A stretch of 64,000 nt of DNA, taken from an uncultured Nitrospiraceae bacterium (GTDB lineage Bacteria > Nitrospirota > Nitrospiria > Nitrospirales > Nitrospiraceae). The position numbers and the translations under genes were made by a program. The notes beneath the pieces are model-generated. The model was not told where the DNA came from. It made no database searches and worked only from the letters and a program-made list of their open reading frames with translations. The stretch is taken from positions 64,001 through 128,000 of the forward strand of contig CAWJWJ010000001.1 of the NCBI GenBank assembly GCA_963846575.1, in the 5' to 3' direction. This document shows, piece after piece, positions 37,826-48,086 of the stretch (position 1 is the stretch's first letter; each line of letters begins with the position of its first letter).

Positions 37826-39061
37826 ATGAGCGAGCCCATGCGTTATCTTCTCATCGGTGGCGGTCTCGCCTCCAACCAGGCGGCCAAACAACTTCGACAA
37901 CTCGATCCGCAATCCTCGATCACGCTCGTGACTGACGAACAACACGTCCCCTATGACCATCCTCCCCTCTCCAAAGACTTCCTGCGCGGCGAGACGCCGA
38001 AGAACAAAGTTTTTTTTGACGACCCCGCTTATTACGCGGCGGAACAGATCGATCTGAAGTTGGGCGCGACCGTCACCATGCTCGACCCCGCCCGCAAAAC
38101 GGCGACGTTGGCCGACGGCACGACAGTGCGCTTCGACAAGGCCTTGCTAGCCACCGGAGGCCGCCCCGTCCGACTGAAGATTCCGGGAGCGGACCTTCCC
38201 GGGGTCCATTACCTTCGCACCCTGGACGACGCCATGTCCCTTGCCGCCGCCGCTACTCCCGGCTCGTTCGCCGTGGTCACCGGTGCCGGTTTCATCGGAC
38301 TGGAAGTCGCGGCCTCCCTGACGCAACGCGGTGTGCAGGTGACGGTCGTGGAAATCGGCCCGCACATCTGGCCGCGCTTTGCCCAGAAGGCCATCGCAGG
38401 AGCCATTCAAGACCATTGCGCCGCCAAAGGCATCGCCTTTCGCACCGGCGAGTCCGTGACCGAGATTCAGCACCAAAACGGACGGTTTTCCGTGCGGCTC
38501 GAATCGGGAGCCGTCCTGCCCTGCCACTTCGTCTGCATCGGCGTCGGCATCGTACCCAACGTCGAGCTGGCCCTGCAGGCCGGACTCACCGTCGACAACG
38601 GGATCGTCGCGGATGAATATCTACGAACGTCGCAGCCGGACATCTATGCTGCCGGAGATGTGGCGAGTTATGTCGACCCCCTCTTCGGCAAGCGCCGTCG
38701 GGTGGAACATTGGGGACATGCCGAATACAGCGGCCAGTTGGCGGCACAGAATATGACCGGTGCGCACCGGCCCTACGATCTCCTGACTTACGTCTGGTCC
38801 GACATCTTCGACCTGCATCTCGAATTCGCCGGCGACGAACAGGAGCACGACCAGCTGCTCCTGCGTGGTACGTTGGAGGGGCTGTCCTGCATCATTCTCT
38901 ACCTCAAGCAGCACCGGCTCCGGGCCTACTTTGCCATTAATGCCAACAACAGGGATCTTCCGCCGCTCCAAAAACTCATCAGGAAACAAACGGATCTGAC
39001 GGGCAAAGAACCGGCTCTGCAGGACGCCGCCGTGCCGCTCAAGAGCCTGGCATCACCCTAA
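37826..39061 (+). CDS. FAD-dependent pyridine nucleotide oxidoreductase (ferredoxin-reductase-like)
   Basis: IGGGLA, YDHPPLSK, LATGG, GAGFIGLE, YAAGD, RRVEHW, WSD. Confidence 0.9.
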   Translation: MSEPMRYLLIGGGLASNQAAKQLRQLDPQSSITLVTDEQHVPYDHPPLSKDFLRGETPKNKVFFDDPAYYAAEQIDLKLGATVTMLDPARKTATLADGTTVRFDKALLATGGRPVRLKIPGADLPGVHYLRTLDDAMSLAAAATPGSFAVVTGAGFIGLEVAASLTQRGVQVTVVEIGPHIWPRFAQKAIAGAIQDHCAAKGIAFRTGESVTEIQHQNGRFSVRLESGAVLPCHFVCIGVGIVPNVELALQAGLTVDNGIVADEYLRTSQPDIYAAGDVASYVDPLFGKRRRVEHWGHAEYSGQLAAQNMTGAHRPYDLLTYVWSDIFDLHLEFAGDEQEHDQLLLRGTLEGLSCIILYLKQHRLRAYFAINANNRDLPPLQKLIRKQTDLTGKEPALQDAAVPLKSLASP

Positions 39062-39130
39062 CTGCGAGCCCAGGGGCAGCGCGGGCGCTTCTCGTCCGGC
39101 TCAGACAGAGAGATTGAACCTCGCGCGGAT

Positions 39131-39275
39131 GTGTTCTATCGCCACCAGCCTCGACAGCCCTGTTACCGGGCCCGAGAGAGAGACTGGCTGTTCACGGACC
39201 AGGATTATGGCTACGGGGAATTCTTCGCCGGGGTGGATACCGTGGTCATGGGCCGGAAACCCTACGAGGCTTTCT
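39131..39275 (+). pseudogene. Remnant of a RibD-C/dihydrofolate-reductase-family gene
   Basis: VFY / IATSLD / DWLFTDQDYGYGEFFAGVDTVVMGRKPYE split across two frames; similarity is lost after about 39275. Confidence 0.75.
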
Positions 39276-39519
39276 CACGTTTGCCGAGAATCCCTGGTCC
39301 GGGTAGGCCCGGCAGGCATTTCAATTCCTCCAGTAGAGGTCATTCTCCTCCAGCCTCACGCAGCTGATGTGTCGCCGCGCGACCTGACCAAAGACATTCA
39401 CAGATCCTCAGGATCATCGGACGGCCTCCTTGCGGACGAGCGCGCACCTTGGCCCGGCCTCGCGATTCTGCGACAGCGACTCGCCGGCGGGTGGAAGGCC
39501 GATCTGATGGGGCTGACCT

Positions 39520-39912
39520 TTAGCTGGGGCCGGGCGGATCTTCGCGGTCTTCACCCTCCAGCGCCTTGGACTCCATTTCCTCAAGTCCCTGCAAGTCTGT
39601 GAGGATGCTTTGCAAGACCTGGCGGCGCTGCTGCAGTCCCTTCTTCGGGATGTCCCGGGTCTGGGGCTCCTGCGCCGATTCCGGCAGGTTCACCATCGCC
39701 TCAGCTTCACCGAGCGTCGCATATTTGTAGGACTCGAGGTACTTATGGTTCGTGCCGTAGATCTTTGCGATGATATCTTCCGTTTCGGCGTCAAACTGGT
39801 CGAACGTCGGATTGACAACGGTGTGATGTGCAAGCCCTTCGAGCTTGTCGATCTGGGCCTTGAGCCCGTCGCTTCTGAGCCGAGGTTGATACATCGAATT
39901 GACTTCAGTCAT
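39520..39912 (-). CDS. Hypothetical helical protein, homologous to the N-terminal domain of the CBS protein at 54528
   Basis: FDAETEDIIA...YKYATLGEAEAMVN...LQQRRQVLQS; SD AGGAG. Confidence 0.8.
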   Translation of the reverse strand: MTEVNSMYQPRLRSDGLKAQIDKLEGLAHHTVVNPTFDQFDAETEDIIAKIYGTNHKYLESYKYATLGEAEAMVNLPESAQEPQTRDIPKKGLQQRRQVLQSILTDLQGLEEMESKALEGEDREDPPGPS

Positions 39913-40027
39913 GGTTGTGTCTCCTAGAAGTGATGGTCACAGTCTATCCTTGCCGTCCGAAAGGGTCAGCTAGGGACCCCCCTGGGCCATATGAGCCCAG
40001 GCGAAAAGTCCAGAGCGGCCATAGGCC

Positions 40028-41098
40028 TTAGGAAATGCCATGCTGCTCTCGGCCGAGACGCCCATCGTACCGGTTGGAGGATTTAAATAGTTCAAATCGC
40101 CCTTCCTTGGCATAGGGTGCCATGCGGGACCGGACCCCCTCCATCTCAAGCGCGGTCATCGGCGTAAAATTCCGCGCGATCGCAAGATTCTGCCGAAGCA
40201 CGTCGCGGGAATCAATTCCGCTCACGACGCTCGCCACCGGCAGGCTCAATACATACCGCAAGGATTCCTCGGCCGTCACGACACCTTCTTTGACCGCGGC
40301 ACCGTTTCCACTCAACGATTTCATGGCGAGCGGAGCGATCCCGCGCTTGTTCAAAACCGGCAACACCTCCCGTTCAAAACTGCGATAGGTGCCGTCGAAC
40401 ACATTAAGAGGTAACTGGCAGGTGTCGAAGGGGAAGTCGTAGGCCAGCATCTTGAGATGAATCGAAGGATGTTTGTGGCCCGTGAATCCAATGAAGCGAA
40501 CCTTGCCCTGCTGCTTGGCCTCGAGCAACGCTTCGGCAACGCCGCCGGGCGCGAAGTGCCGCTCAGGATCGTCTTCGTAGACCACCTCGTGGATCTGCCA
40601 GAGGTCGAGATAGTCCGTGCGTAGCCGGCGGAGGGACTCCTCCAATTGCTGCATCGCGACTTTCTTGTCACGCCCGTGGGTGCACACTTTCGTCATCAGA
40701 AAGGCCTGCTGGCGGCGGCCTTGCAACCCCTTGCCCATTCGTTCCTCCGACAAGCCTCCGTTGTATTCCCAGGCGTTATCCATGAACGTCATCCCGGCAT
40801 CAATGGCCTCATGCAGCACCCGCATGGCTTCGGCTTCGCCGTCGATGCGGCCCAGATGCGCGCCGCCGAAACATAAGGCGGAGACTTCCACCCCCGTGTT
40901 GCCCAACATGCGCCGGGTTATATGTCCTGACACGGGGTCCGAAGCAGGCACGGGCGAGCGCCCCTCGGCGAAGGCCTGCGCCATGCCGCGTGGACCGTTC
41001 CATGCCAACACAGATCCCACAATGCCCAGCGTTTTCAATAATTGTCGACGATCGAGGCTGGCAGACCAGAAACGTCCCGGTTTCGTTACCTCATCCAT
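40028..41098 (-). CDS. Aldo/keto reductase with a Tat signal
   Basis: DRRQLLK twin-arginine motif; DNAWEY, FLMTK, DLWQIH, IGFTGH. Confidence 0.9.
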   Translation of the reverse strand: MDEVTKPGRFWSASLDRRQLLKTLGIVGSVLAWNGPRGMAQAFAEGRSPVPASDPVSGHITRRMLGNTGVEVSALCFGGAHLGRIDGEAEAMRVLHEAIDAGMTFMDNAWEYNGGLSEERMGKGLQGRRQQAFLMTKVCTHGRDKKVAMQQLEESLRRLRTDYLDLWQIHEVVYEDDPERHFAPGGVAEALLEAKQQGKVRFIGFTGHKHPSIHLKMLAYDFPFDTCQLPLNVFDGTYRSFEREVLPVLNKRGIAPLAMKSLSGNGAAVKEGVVTAEESLRYVLSLPVASVVSGIDSRDVLRQNLAIARNFTPMTALEMEGVRSRMAPYAKEGRFELFKSSNRYDGRLGREQHGIS

Positions 41099-41201
41099 TG
41101 CGCCTGCTCCTGGTTGCGGTGTGCCGATCCCATGAGGCCCACTGTGATCGGTCAGATTGAGAAAGGCAACTAGGGATTGACCCGGCCCACTGGTGCCATG
41201 A

Positions 41202-41663
41202 TTACCGCACCGACCGCCGGCCCCACTGCAGGATGAGATAGCCTAGGATGACCAGATTGACACACAGCACGACGACACCGGTCGCCGATATGTGCCGGAT
41301 CACTTGAGAGTATTCGGCTGGCAGGAAGAGGCTGGTGGAGATCGCGGTGAGATAGACGGCCCAGGAGGCCTCGATCCAGAGCCCTAACCCTGCGGCAAAT
41401 AACAGCACCGCATAAAAAAGGCTGACGTAGCCCATCACAAAGGCACTGTGGGACGACAGCCCCGTCAGTTTAAGAAGGATGGCGTGAAGCAGCTGGGAAT
41501 GGACCTGCAGGTGAAGCCCATCCATGAGCGGGGCTAACAGGGTGGCGATCTCAGCATCCACCAGGTGAAGGAGACTTGCGCCGGCGAACAGCAAGACCAG
41601 TCCCGTCCCCAGCTTAAACAATGCAATGAGGGCGAGGCCATAACGGGGCGAGGGATTGATCAT
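41202..41663 (-). CDS. DUF2127 family membrane protein
   Basis: LALIALFKL...GLGLW...WAVY...LFLPAEY...NLVILGYL. Confidence 0.7.
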   Translation of the reverse strand: MINPSPRYGLALIALFKLGTGLVLLFAGASLLHLVDAEIATLLAPLMDGLHLQVHSQLLHAILLKLTGLSSHSAFVMGYVSLFYAVLLFAAGLGLWIEASWAVYLTAISTSLFLPAEYSQVIRHISATGVVVLCVNLVILGYLILQWGRRSVR

Positions 41664-41807
41664 CGGAGGGCCTGGACAGGCTCCGTGGTTGATGCGCATC
41701 CAGCTCAGACGTCAGCGACCGGGCTGAACCGACCGGAGGACTTTGCCCCTGAGCCGCGCTTGCTTCAGGCCGGGCCGGGTGATCGGGTGTCTCTCGACAG
41801 TCTCGTG

Positions 41808-42072
41808 ATGATGACTGGACAGCAGGCCATCAGCTTCGTGCAAGCCTGGACTCGGAGCCTGGAATCGTCACGACCTGGAGGCCATCCTACAGCACTAAGC
41901 CGCCGATGTGTACTTTGCGAGTCCGTTCGTGGGGGCCCTCCTCGGAGATCCGTCCGGAGTCATTCAGGGACGGGAGCGGTTGAAGGCCGCCTTCCAGAAG
42001 GGGTTGCTGGCCGCCGAATTCATGAGCGTCAATGACTGAGGCCGGATCCAGACCGTACGCGCCCACTACGTC
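41808..42072 (+). pseudogene. SnoaL/NTF2-like gene remnant
   Basis: MMTGQQAISFVQAW, frameshift, then AWNRHDLEAILQH*AADVYFASPFVGALLGDPSGVIQGRERLKAAFQKGL, apparent deletion, AAEFMSVND*GRIQTVRAHY. Confidence 0.75.
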
Positions 42073-45000
42073 GTCGAATCGCCCCGGGACGCCCGCGCCT
42101 GATCAGTCGGCTGTCGCCCTCGACGCATTCCCTTGACCGCCAGTTCAATCGCTTTGCACAAATCGTCTGCCGCACTTTCCTTCGTCAGATACCCGACCGC
42201 CCCCGCTTCCCTCACCTGATGCTCCACGTCGGGCGAACGGTGAACCGAGAGGCCGATCACGACAATATCGGGATAGCGCTCCTTGATGAGCTTGGTTGCC
42301 ACGACCCCGTCCATTCGAGGCATGTTGATATCCATGACGATCACATCAGGGCGCAGGCTGCCGGCGAGTCTCACTGCCTCCTCCCCGTCTCCCGCCTCCC
42401 CCACGACTTCCAGATGATCGAAACCCGTCACGATACTCCGGAGACCCTGACGGAGCATGGCATGGTCATCGACCAGCATCACCCGGATCGGTCCGGTTGA
42501 GGCCGATGACAGAGGGGATTCAGATGCCGACGAGGGGACGGCCGATCCGGCACGCCGGTCGCCACCCGGAGCGGGTTCTTCCTGCGGCTGGAGCGGCAGG
42601 ATGAGCCTCGCCGTCGTGCCCTCCCCCGCCACTGACTCAATTTCGAATTGACCGCCCAATGCGGTCATCCGCTCGCGAATACTGAACAGGCCGAATTTGG
42701 TCGCCGCCGATGATGAACGTTCCACGGCCGCCAGATCAAATCCGCGTCCCTCGTCCTGCACCTCGAGTTGGACCAGACCATCCCGATACAGGAGGCTGAC
42801 CAACGCGTGTGTCGTTCCCGCATGTTTCGCGATATTGATCAGCAATTCCCGCACGGATTGAAACAGGAGCACGGCCCGATCCTCGGAGATCGTCCATCCG
42901 GAGCCCTCCGGCGTCTCCACAGTGACGGTCAAGTGATACCGTTCCATCTGACTGGCCAACCAGCGCAAGGCAGCCGAGAGACCGAACTCATGCAGAACCG
43001 GCGGACTCAGGCTGGCCACAAGGGTACGGGTGTACGTGAGGGCCTCGTCCAGAGAACCATCGGCATCCTTGATGAAATCGAGGCTCGGCTGAGCGAGGCC
43101 CTCGACACGCTTGGCCTGGCCCAACTTCAACCGCCCCAGCACCAGGAGCTGCGCGAGATGGTCGTGCAGTTCCGAAGCCAGCTTCGTACGTTCGCGATGC
43201 TCTGCGAGATTGAGTTCCGTCGCCAACTCCCTGAGCCGGGCCTGGGATTGGAGGAGTTCATCCGTCCGCGATTCCACCAGCCGTTCCAATTGGCCCGCGA
43301 ACGACCGCAGTTGTTCTTCGCTCGCACGCAAGGCTGCCTCCGCCCCTTTGCGCCTGATCCACTGGGCAATGCCGTCGGCCGCTGAAGCGAGTTCATTGAA
43401 TGCCTGGGGCGACAGCGCGTGGCGGGCAAACACCGCCAGGACTCCGCACACCCGGCCCTCGAGCAGCATGGGATACCCCGCAAACGCCACCATGCCTTCG
43501 CGCTGGGCCCAGGCAGGGTCGCTGATATTCGGGTCGTGTTGCACGTCATTCGTCAACAGCGGTTGGCCGGATTGAGCGATGCGCCCGATCTTGTACGTCC
43601 CCACCTTGACCCGCGAATGGGATCCGGTGAGGCTCGTGTAGATGCCCGCGCTCCCCAACAACTCCAAGACCTGCTCCTCGTCCTTCAGCGTCCAGATTCT
43701 TGCGAACGCCACGTCGAGATGCCGCACCAGCGCCTCACAACATTTTTGCAGGACCGCTGTCAGGGACCGTTCCGGGCTCACCAGGGCCGTATTGAGATCC
43801 GCGCGCAACCGGGCAAATCGCGCCCGCTCTCGCAACGATTCCTCGGCGCGTTTGCGTTCGGTCACGTCCTGCATGGCGCCGATCATCCGAATCCCCCGCC
43901 TGCCGCCATCGCGAATCACATAACCTCGATCGAAGACTTCCGCGTAGGAACCGTCCGCGCGGCGAAACCGATACTCATCCCGCCAGACGGTCTCCCCCCC
44001 GTCGAGGACCGCATGGATGCCTGTCACCACCCTCGTCCGGTCATCAGCATGGATCTGCTCATACCACCACGCGATATCCGGGCCCACCTGTTCTCCGGCA
44101 TAGCCGAACAAGGTCTGCACACCGTCATTCCACCAGAGGCCATTGGTGCCCAGGTCCCAGCTCCAAATGGCATCGTTCGTCGCACGCGCAGCGATTTGGA
44201 ATCGCTGTTCGCTCTCGCGTAACGCCTGTTCCACTTGTTTGAGTTCCGTGATGTCGAGCGCGACGCCGAAGTTCCGCACCGGCAGGCCGGTCGCGTCATA
44301 CTCCGTTTGAGCACGATTCCCGATCCATCGCACGGTGCCATCCGGCCGCACCATCCGAAATTCGTGCACGAATTCCCGCCGTTCACGCACCGTCTCCTCG
44401 AAATGCCTCCAGAACTCCGCACGGTCGTCAGGATGCATGAAGGTCTCGAGCGCCTCGCGGGTGGGGGTGAACCGCGCTTCGTCCACGCCGAACAGAGGAA
44501 ACATCTCCGTGGACCACCAGAGCTTGTCCCGCACCAAATCCAGATCATAGACCCCCATGCGACCGGCCTTCAGCGCGAACGACAACCGTTCGCGTTCCAG
44601 GCGCAACGCCGTCTCGGCGCGCGTGCGTTCGGTGATGTCGCTCCCGGTCGGGGCCAGGAACAGGACCCGGCCGGTCGCATCCTTGACCGGAGCAATGATC
44701 AGATCCACGAACCGTTCGGTCCCGTCCGCCCAAAAGTAGGTGGCCTCCTGTCGAAAGAGCCGTCCCTCCGCCGCCTGTCGCGATCCTTCACGAACCATGT
44801 CCATCAAGGCCGGCGAACGATTCCACCAGCCACAGTCCCAGAACTTCTTGCCGATGACCTCGTCCCGTGAGAATCCGCAGGCTTCCAGTGACAGGCGATT
44901 GGCCTCAATCAGGGTGCCATCCGGCGCCATCAGACCGGCGAAATACGATCCCTGATCGAAGAAGGTGCGGAACTTGGCATTGGCCTCGGAGGCGGCCATT

Positions 45001-47693
45001 GCATCCGCCGCCGCATGGCGCTGCCATTCCTCGACCTGTTTGCGTTCGGACACGTCGATGCAGGACCCGATAAACCCGAGAAACTCACCCTGTTCGCCGG
45101 TGAAGGGGGCCGCCGCGTCGAGGATCCAACGATAGGCTCCATCCTGCCGCTTGAGCCGATACTCCACCCGAAACGACTCATGCCGGCGGTTGGCGTGATG
45201 GAAGAGGTCGGCCGCATTCGCACGATCGTCAGGATGGACCGCCTCCAGCCATCCAAACCCGAGACCGCTCTCGGGAGCCTGGCCGGTGAACTCATACCAG
45301 GACTTGCTGAGAAATGTGCAACTCCCGCTCGGATCCGTGACCCACACCATGACCGGCGCATGGTCCGCGATGTGACGGAATCGCTGTTCGCTCTCGCGGA
45401 CGGCGAAGGCCGCCTCTCGCCGGAAACGGGCCATCTTCAGGTGCGCTTCCACCCGCGCCAATAGTTCCCGCGCGCTGAACGGTTTGATGAGGTAGTCGTC
45501 GGCCCCTTCTTCCAGCCCCTCCACGCGGGCTTCCTCTCCGGCTCTGGCGGACAACACGATGACGGGGATCGCCGCGGTACCGGGATCGCCGCGTAATTCG
45601 CGCAGCAGACCGAACCCGTCCAGGTTCGGCATCATCACATCCGTCACGATCAAATCGGGACGGCGCCGCCGCACGGCGGCCAGGGCGGCGCTCCCATCCG
45701 ACAGGGCTTCGACCTCATAGCGGCGGGAAAGCAGGCGCACGACGTAGTGGCGCATGTCGGCATTGTCATCGACAACGAGCACGAGCGGGCGGCTGCTTTC
45801 CTGCTCTCCACTGGCCGGGGAACGAACATCGGGTTCCGCCTGCGGCGGCGGCATCTCGAGCATGGAGTCACGGCCCGCGCCCGGCAGCCAGCGCAGGGCC
45901 TCTTCAACAAACGGCGCAGCGCCGGTCACCCGGGAGGTGCCGAGAGTGCCACCTTCAATTCTGTCCGCCGGCAGATGTGCCGTTCCGAAGGGAACGGCCA
46001 CCACAAACGTGCTGCCTTCACCGAACCGACTCTCGACCTGCACGGAACCGCCGTGCAGCATGACCAGCTCCTGCACCAGGGCCAGGCCGATACCGCTGCC
46101 TTCATAGGTCCTGCTCCGCGCACTGGGGATACGATGAAACCGCTCGAAGAGTCGCGGGATCTGCTCCTCCGGGATGCCGGATCCGGTATCGCGCACACGC
46201 AATTCGGCGCGGGGTCCGACTTGCCGCAGGACCACGGTGATCGTGCCCTCAAATGTAAATTTCAAGGCATTGGACAGGAGATTGAGCACGATCTTTTCCC
46301 ACATCTCACGGTCGACGTATACCGCTTCATTCAGCGGGGAACAGTCCACCTCCAGACGCAGGCCCGCCCGTTCGATCGCCGACCGGAACATGCTGGCCAA
46401 TGCGACCGTAAGTGTCGCAAGGTCGGTGGGCACGTACGAGGCCTGCATGCGCCCGGCTTCGAGCCGTGAGAAATCGAGCAGCGTATTGACCAGTCGCAAC
46501 AGCCGCAGGCCATTCCGGTTGATGGTGTCCAACTGGTTCTGGGACGAAGGAGAGAGTTCGTGATGGACGTCCGTCAGCAGGTCTTCAAGCGGGCCGAGCA
46601 TGAGCGTCAGCGGTGTACGGAACTCGTGGCTGATGTTGGTGAAGAACGCCGTTTTAGCGCGATCGATTTCGGCCAATGCTTCGGCACGCTTCTTTTCCTC
46701 TTCATAGACGCGCGCGTTCGAGACCCCGTTGAGGACGCGGCTGGAAACGAGTTCGAGGAAATCCCGGTAGTCTTCGTCGAACGGGCGCCGGCGGCTAATG
46801 CCTGCCACGAAGAAGCCGTAGGGGGCACATCCTGGACGTGAGATCGGAAGGACCAACGCGGCCTGCGACAGGTTGTGGACCTGGGCGCCCTCGATCAAGA
46901 CGGGAGTACCGCTCAAGGCAACCTGAGCCAAAGACCATGGGACCTCGTCCTCCGGTGACAGGCCGATGGTGACCGGTGCATGCACGCTCCCTGGCTCGAT
47001 CCCGGTCGCGCCCACAAGAGCGGTCCGCATCAGGTTCGACCCGACTCGATAGAGCAATGTGAATGGCAGGTCTTCGGGATTATCGTTCAGTGGCCCGACG
47101 AAGCTGTTCCAGATTTGGTCCTCGCCGCTGATCGTGGCGGCACAGGCAGCCAGATCGCGCAGGGTACGCAGGCGTCGCGCGCCCAGGACCTGCCCCGTGG
47201 TTTCCGTCACCGCGCAAAACACCCCGCCGATGCCACCGCTCTCGTCGCGTATCGGACTGTAGGAGAACGTGAAATAACATTCTTCCGAAAACCCGCGCCG
47301 TTCCAGAAAGAGCAACTGGTTTTCCGACCAGGTGGCTTCCCCCTTCGAGAGCACACCGTCCAGCATCGGACCGATGATCGGCCAGATTTCCGGCCAACAT
47401 TCGCGGCCCGCCTGGCCCATGGCTTTCGGATGTTTGTTGCCGATGATCTCGCGGTAGGCGTCGTTGTAGATCTTGATGAATCGGGGTCCCCACCAGATCA
47501 CAATCGGGAACCGGGAGTTGAGGCAGGTGCTCACGGACGTGCGAAGGGACTGGGGCCAGGTCTGCACCCCCCCCAAGGCAGTCTCCGACCAGTCCATCGA
47601 GCGCACCAGTGCGCCCATTTCTCCACCACCGGCCAACCACTCGTCCGCCGGCTGGTAACCCGTTGTTCTCAAGTCGGTTTCGCCTTGACCCAT
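42066..47693 (-). CDS. Multi-sensor hybrid histidine kinase with two kinase cores and two receivers
   Basis: PAS/GAF - HisKA (SHEFRTPL) - HATPase - REC (DVMMP) - 4 PAS - GAF - HisKA_3 (ELHDHLAQ) - HATPase - REC (DINMP). Confidence 0.92.
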   Translation of the reverse strand: MGQGETDLRTTGYQPADEWLAGGGEMGALVRSMDWSETALGGVQTWPQSLRTSVSTCLNSRFPIVIWWGPRFIKIYNDAYREIIGNKHPKAMGQAGRECWPEIWPIIGPMLDGVLSKGEATWSENQLLFLERRGFSEECYFTFSYSPIRDESGGIGGVFCAVTETTGQVLGARRLRTLRDLAACAATISGEDQIWNSFVGPLNDNPEDLPFTLLYRVGSNLMRTALVGATGIEPGSVHAPVTIGLSPEDEVPWSLAQVALSGTPVLIEGAQVHNLSQAALVLPISRPGCAPYGFFVAGISRRRPFDEDYRDFLELVSSRVLNGVSNARVYEEEKKRAEALAEIDRAKTAFFTNISHEFRTPLTLMLGPLEDLLTDVHHELSPSSQNQLDTINRNGLRLLRLVNTLLDFSRLEAGRMQASYVPTDLATLTVALASMFRSAIERAGLRLEVDCSPLNEAVYVDREMWEKIVLNLLSNALKFTFEGTITVVLRQVGPRAELRVRDTGSGIPEEQIPRLFERFHRIPSARSRTYEGSGIGLALVQELVMLHGGSVQVESRFGEGSTFVVAVPFGTAHLPADRIEGGTLGTSRVTGAAPFVEEALRWLPGAGRDSMLEMPPPQAEPDVRSPASGEQESSRPLVLVVDDNADMRHYVVRLLSRRYEVEALSDGSAALAAVRRRRPDLIVTDVMMPNLDGFGLLRELRGDPGTAAIPVIVLSARAGEEARVEGLEEGADDYLIKPFSARELLARVEAHLKMARFRREAAFAVRESEQRFRHIADHAPVMVWVTDPSGSCTFLSKSWYEFTGQAPESGLGFGWLEAVHPDDRANAADLFHHANRRHESFRVEYRLKRQDGAYRWILDAAAPFTGEQGEFLGFIGSCIDVSERKQVEEWQRHAAADAMAASEANAKFRTFFDQGSYFAGLMAPDGTLIEANRLSLEACGFSRDEVIGKKFWDCGWWNRSPALMDMVREGSRQAAEGRLFRQEATYFWADGTERFVDLIIAPVKDATGRVLFLAPTGSDITERTRAETALRLERERLSFALKAGRMGVYDLDLVRDKLWWSTEMFPLFGVDEARFTPTREALETFMHPDDRAEFWRHFEETVRERREFVHEFRMVRPDGTVRWIGNRAQTEYDATGLPVRNFGVALDITELKQVEQALRESEQRFQIAARATNDAIWSWDLGTNGLWWNDGVQTLFGYAGEQVGPDIAWWYEQIHADDRTRVVTGIHAVLDGGETVWRDEYRFRRADGSYAEVFDRGYVIRDGGRRGIRMIGAMQDVTERKRAEESLRERARFARLRADLNTALVSPERSLTAVLQKCCEALVRHLDVAFARIWTLKDEEQVLELLGSAGIYTSLTGSHSRVKVGTYKIGRIAQSGQPLLTNDVQHDPNISDPAWAQREGMVAFAGYPMLLEGRVCGVLAVFARHALSPQAFNELASAADGIAQWIRRKGAEAALRASEEQLRSFAGQLERLVESRTDELLQSQARLRELATELNLAEHRERTKLASELHDHLAQLLVLGRLKLGQAKRVEGLAQPSLDFIKDADGSLDEALTYTRTLVASLSPPVLHEFGLSAALRWLASQMERYHLTVTVETPEGSGWTISEDRAVLLFQSVRELLINIAKHAGTTHALVSLLYRDGLVQLEVQDEGRGFDLAAVERSSSAATKFGLFSIRERMTALGGQFEIESVAGEGTTARLILPLQPQEEPAPGGDRRAGSAVPSSASESPLSSASTGPIRVMLVDDHAMLRQGLRSIVTGFDHLEVVGEAGDGEEAVRLAGSLRPDVIVMDINMPRMDGVVATKLIKERYPDIVVIGLSVHRSPDVEHQVREAGAVGYLTKESAADDLCKAIELAVKGMRRGRQPTDQARASRGDSTT

Positions 47694-48086
47694 GCACTCC
47701 TTTCGCAGTCACTGCCTCGGTCACTTCCGCTGGATGTACCAAGAAATGCTCGAAGGACGGGAACACAGCTCAAGCGAGGGCGGCAGGGGGAACAGTGTAC
47801 TGGATGGACGCTTGCCTGTGATCCTGGGGGAACCCCTAGCATGATGCTGGCTTCGCTGGACAGGTTTTAGGCATCTCGGAGGCTTCCGCTGCTGCCGCAG
47901 AATCTGCGCCCTTCGTTCGTGGCAGGGTGGACGCGCCCATGGCGTTTCGGCTGCCGGGATAAATGCACGGTTTTTTTCATGTGCCGGAAAGGGTCCCGAT
48001 CGAGCGGCCGTCGGTCGTGGCCTGGGCGGGAGGTGCGGCTCGGCCTCCGGTTCATGGAGGCCGAGTCGCAGGAACGCTGAGGTCTG

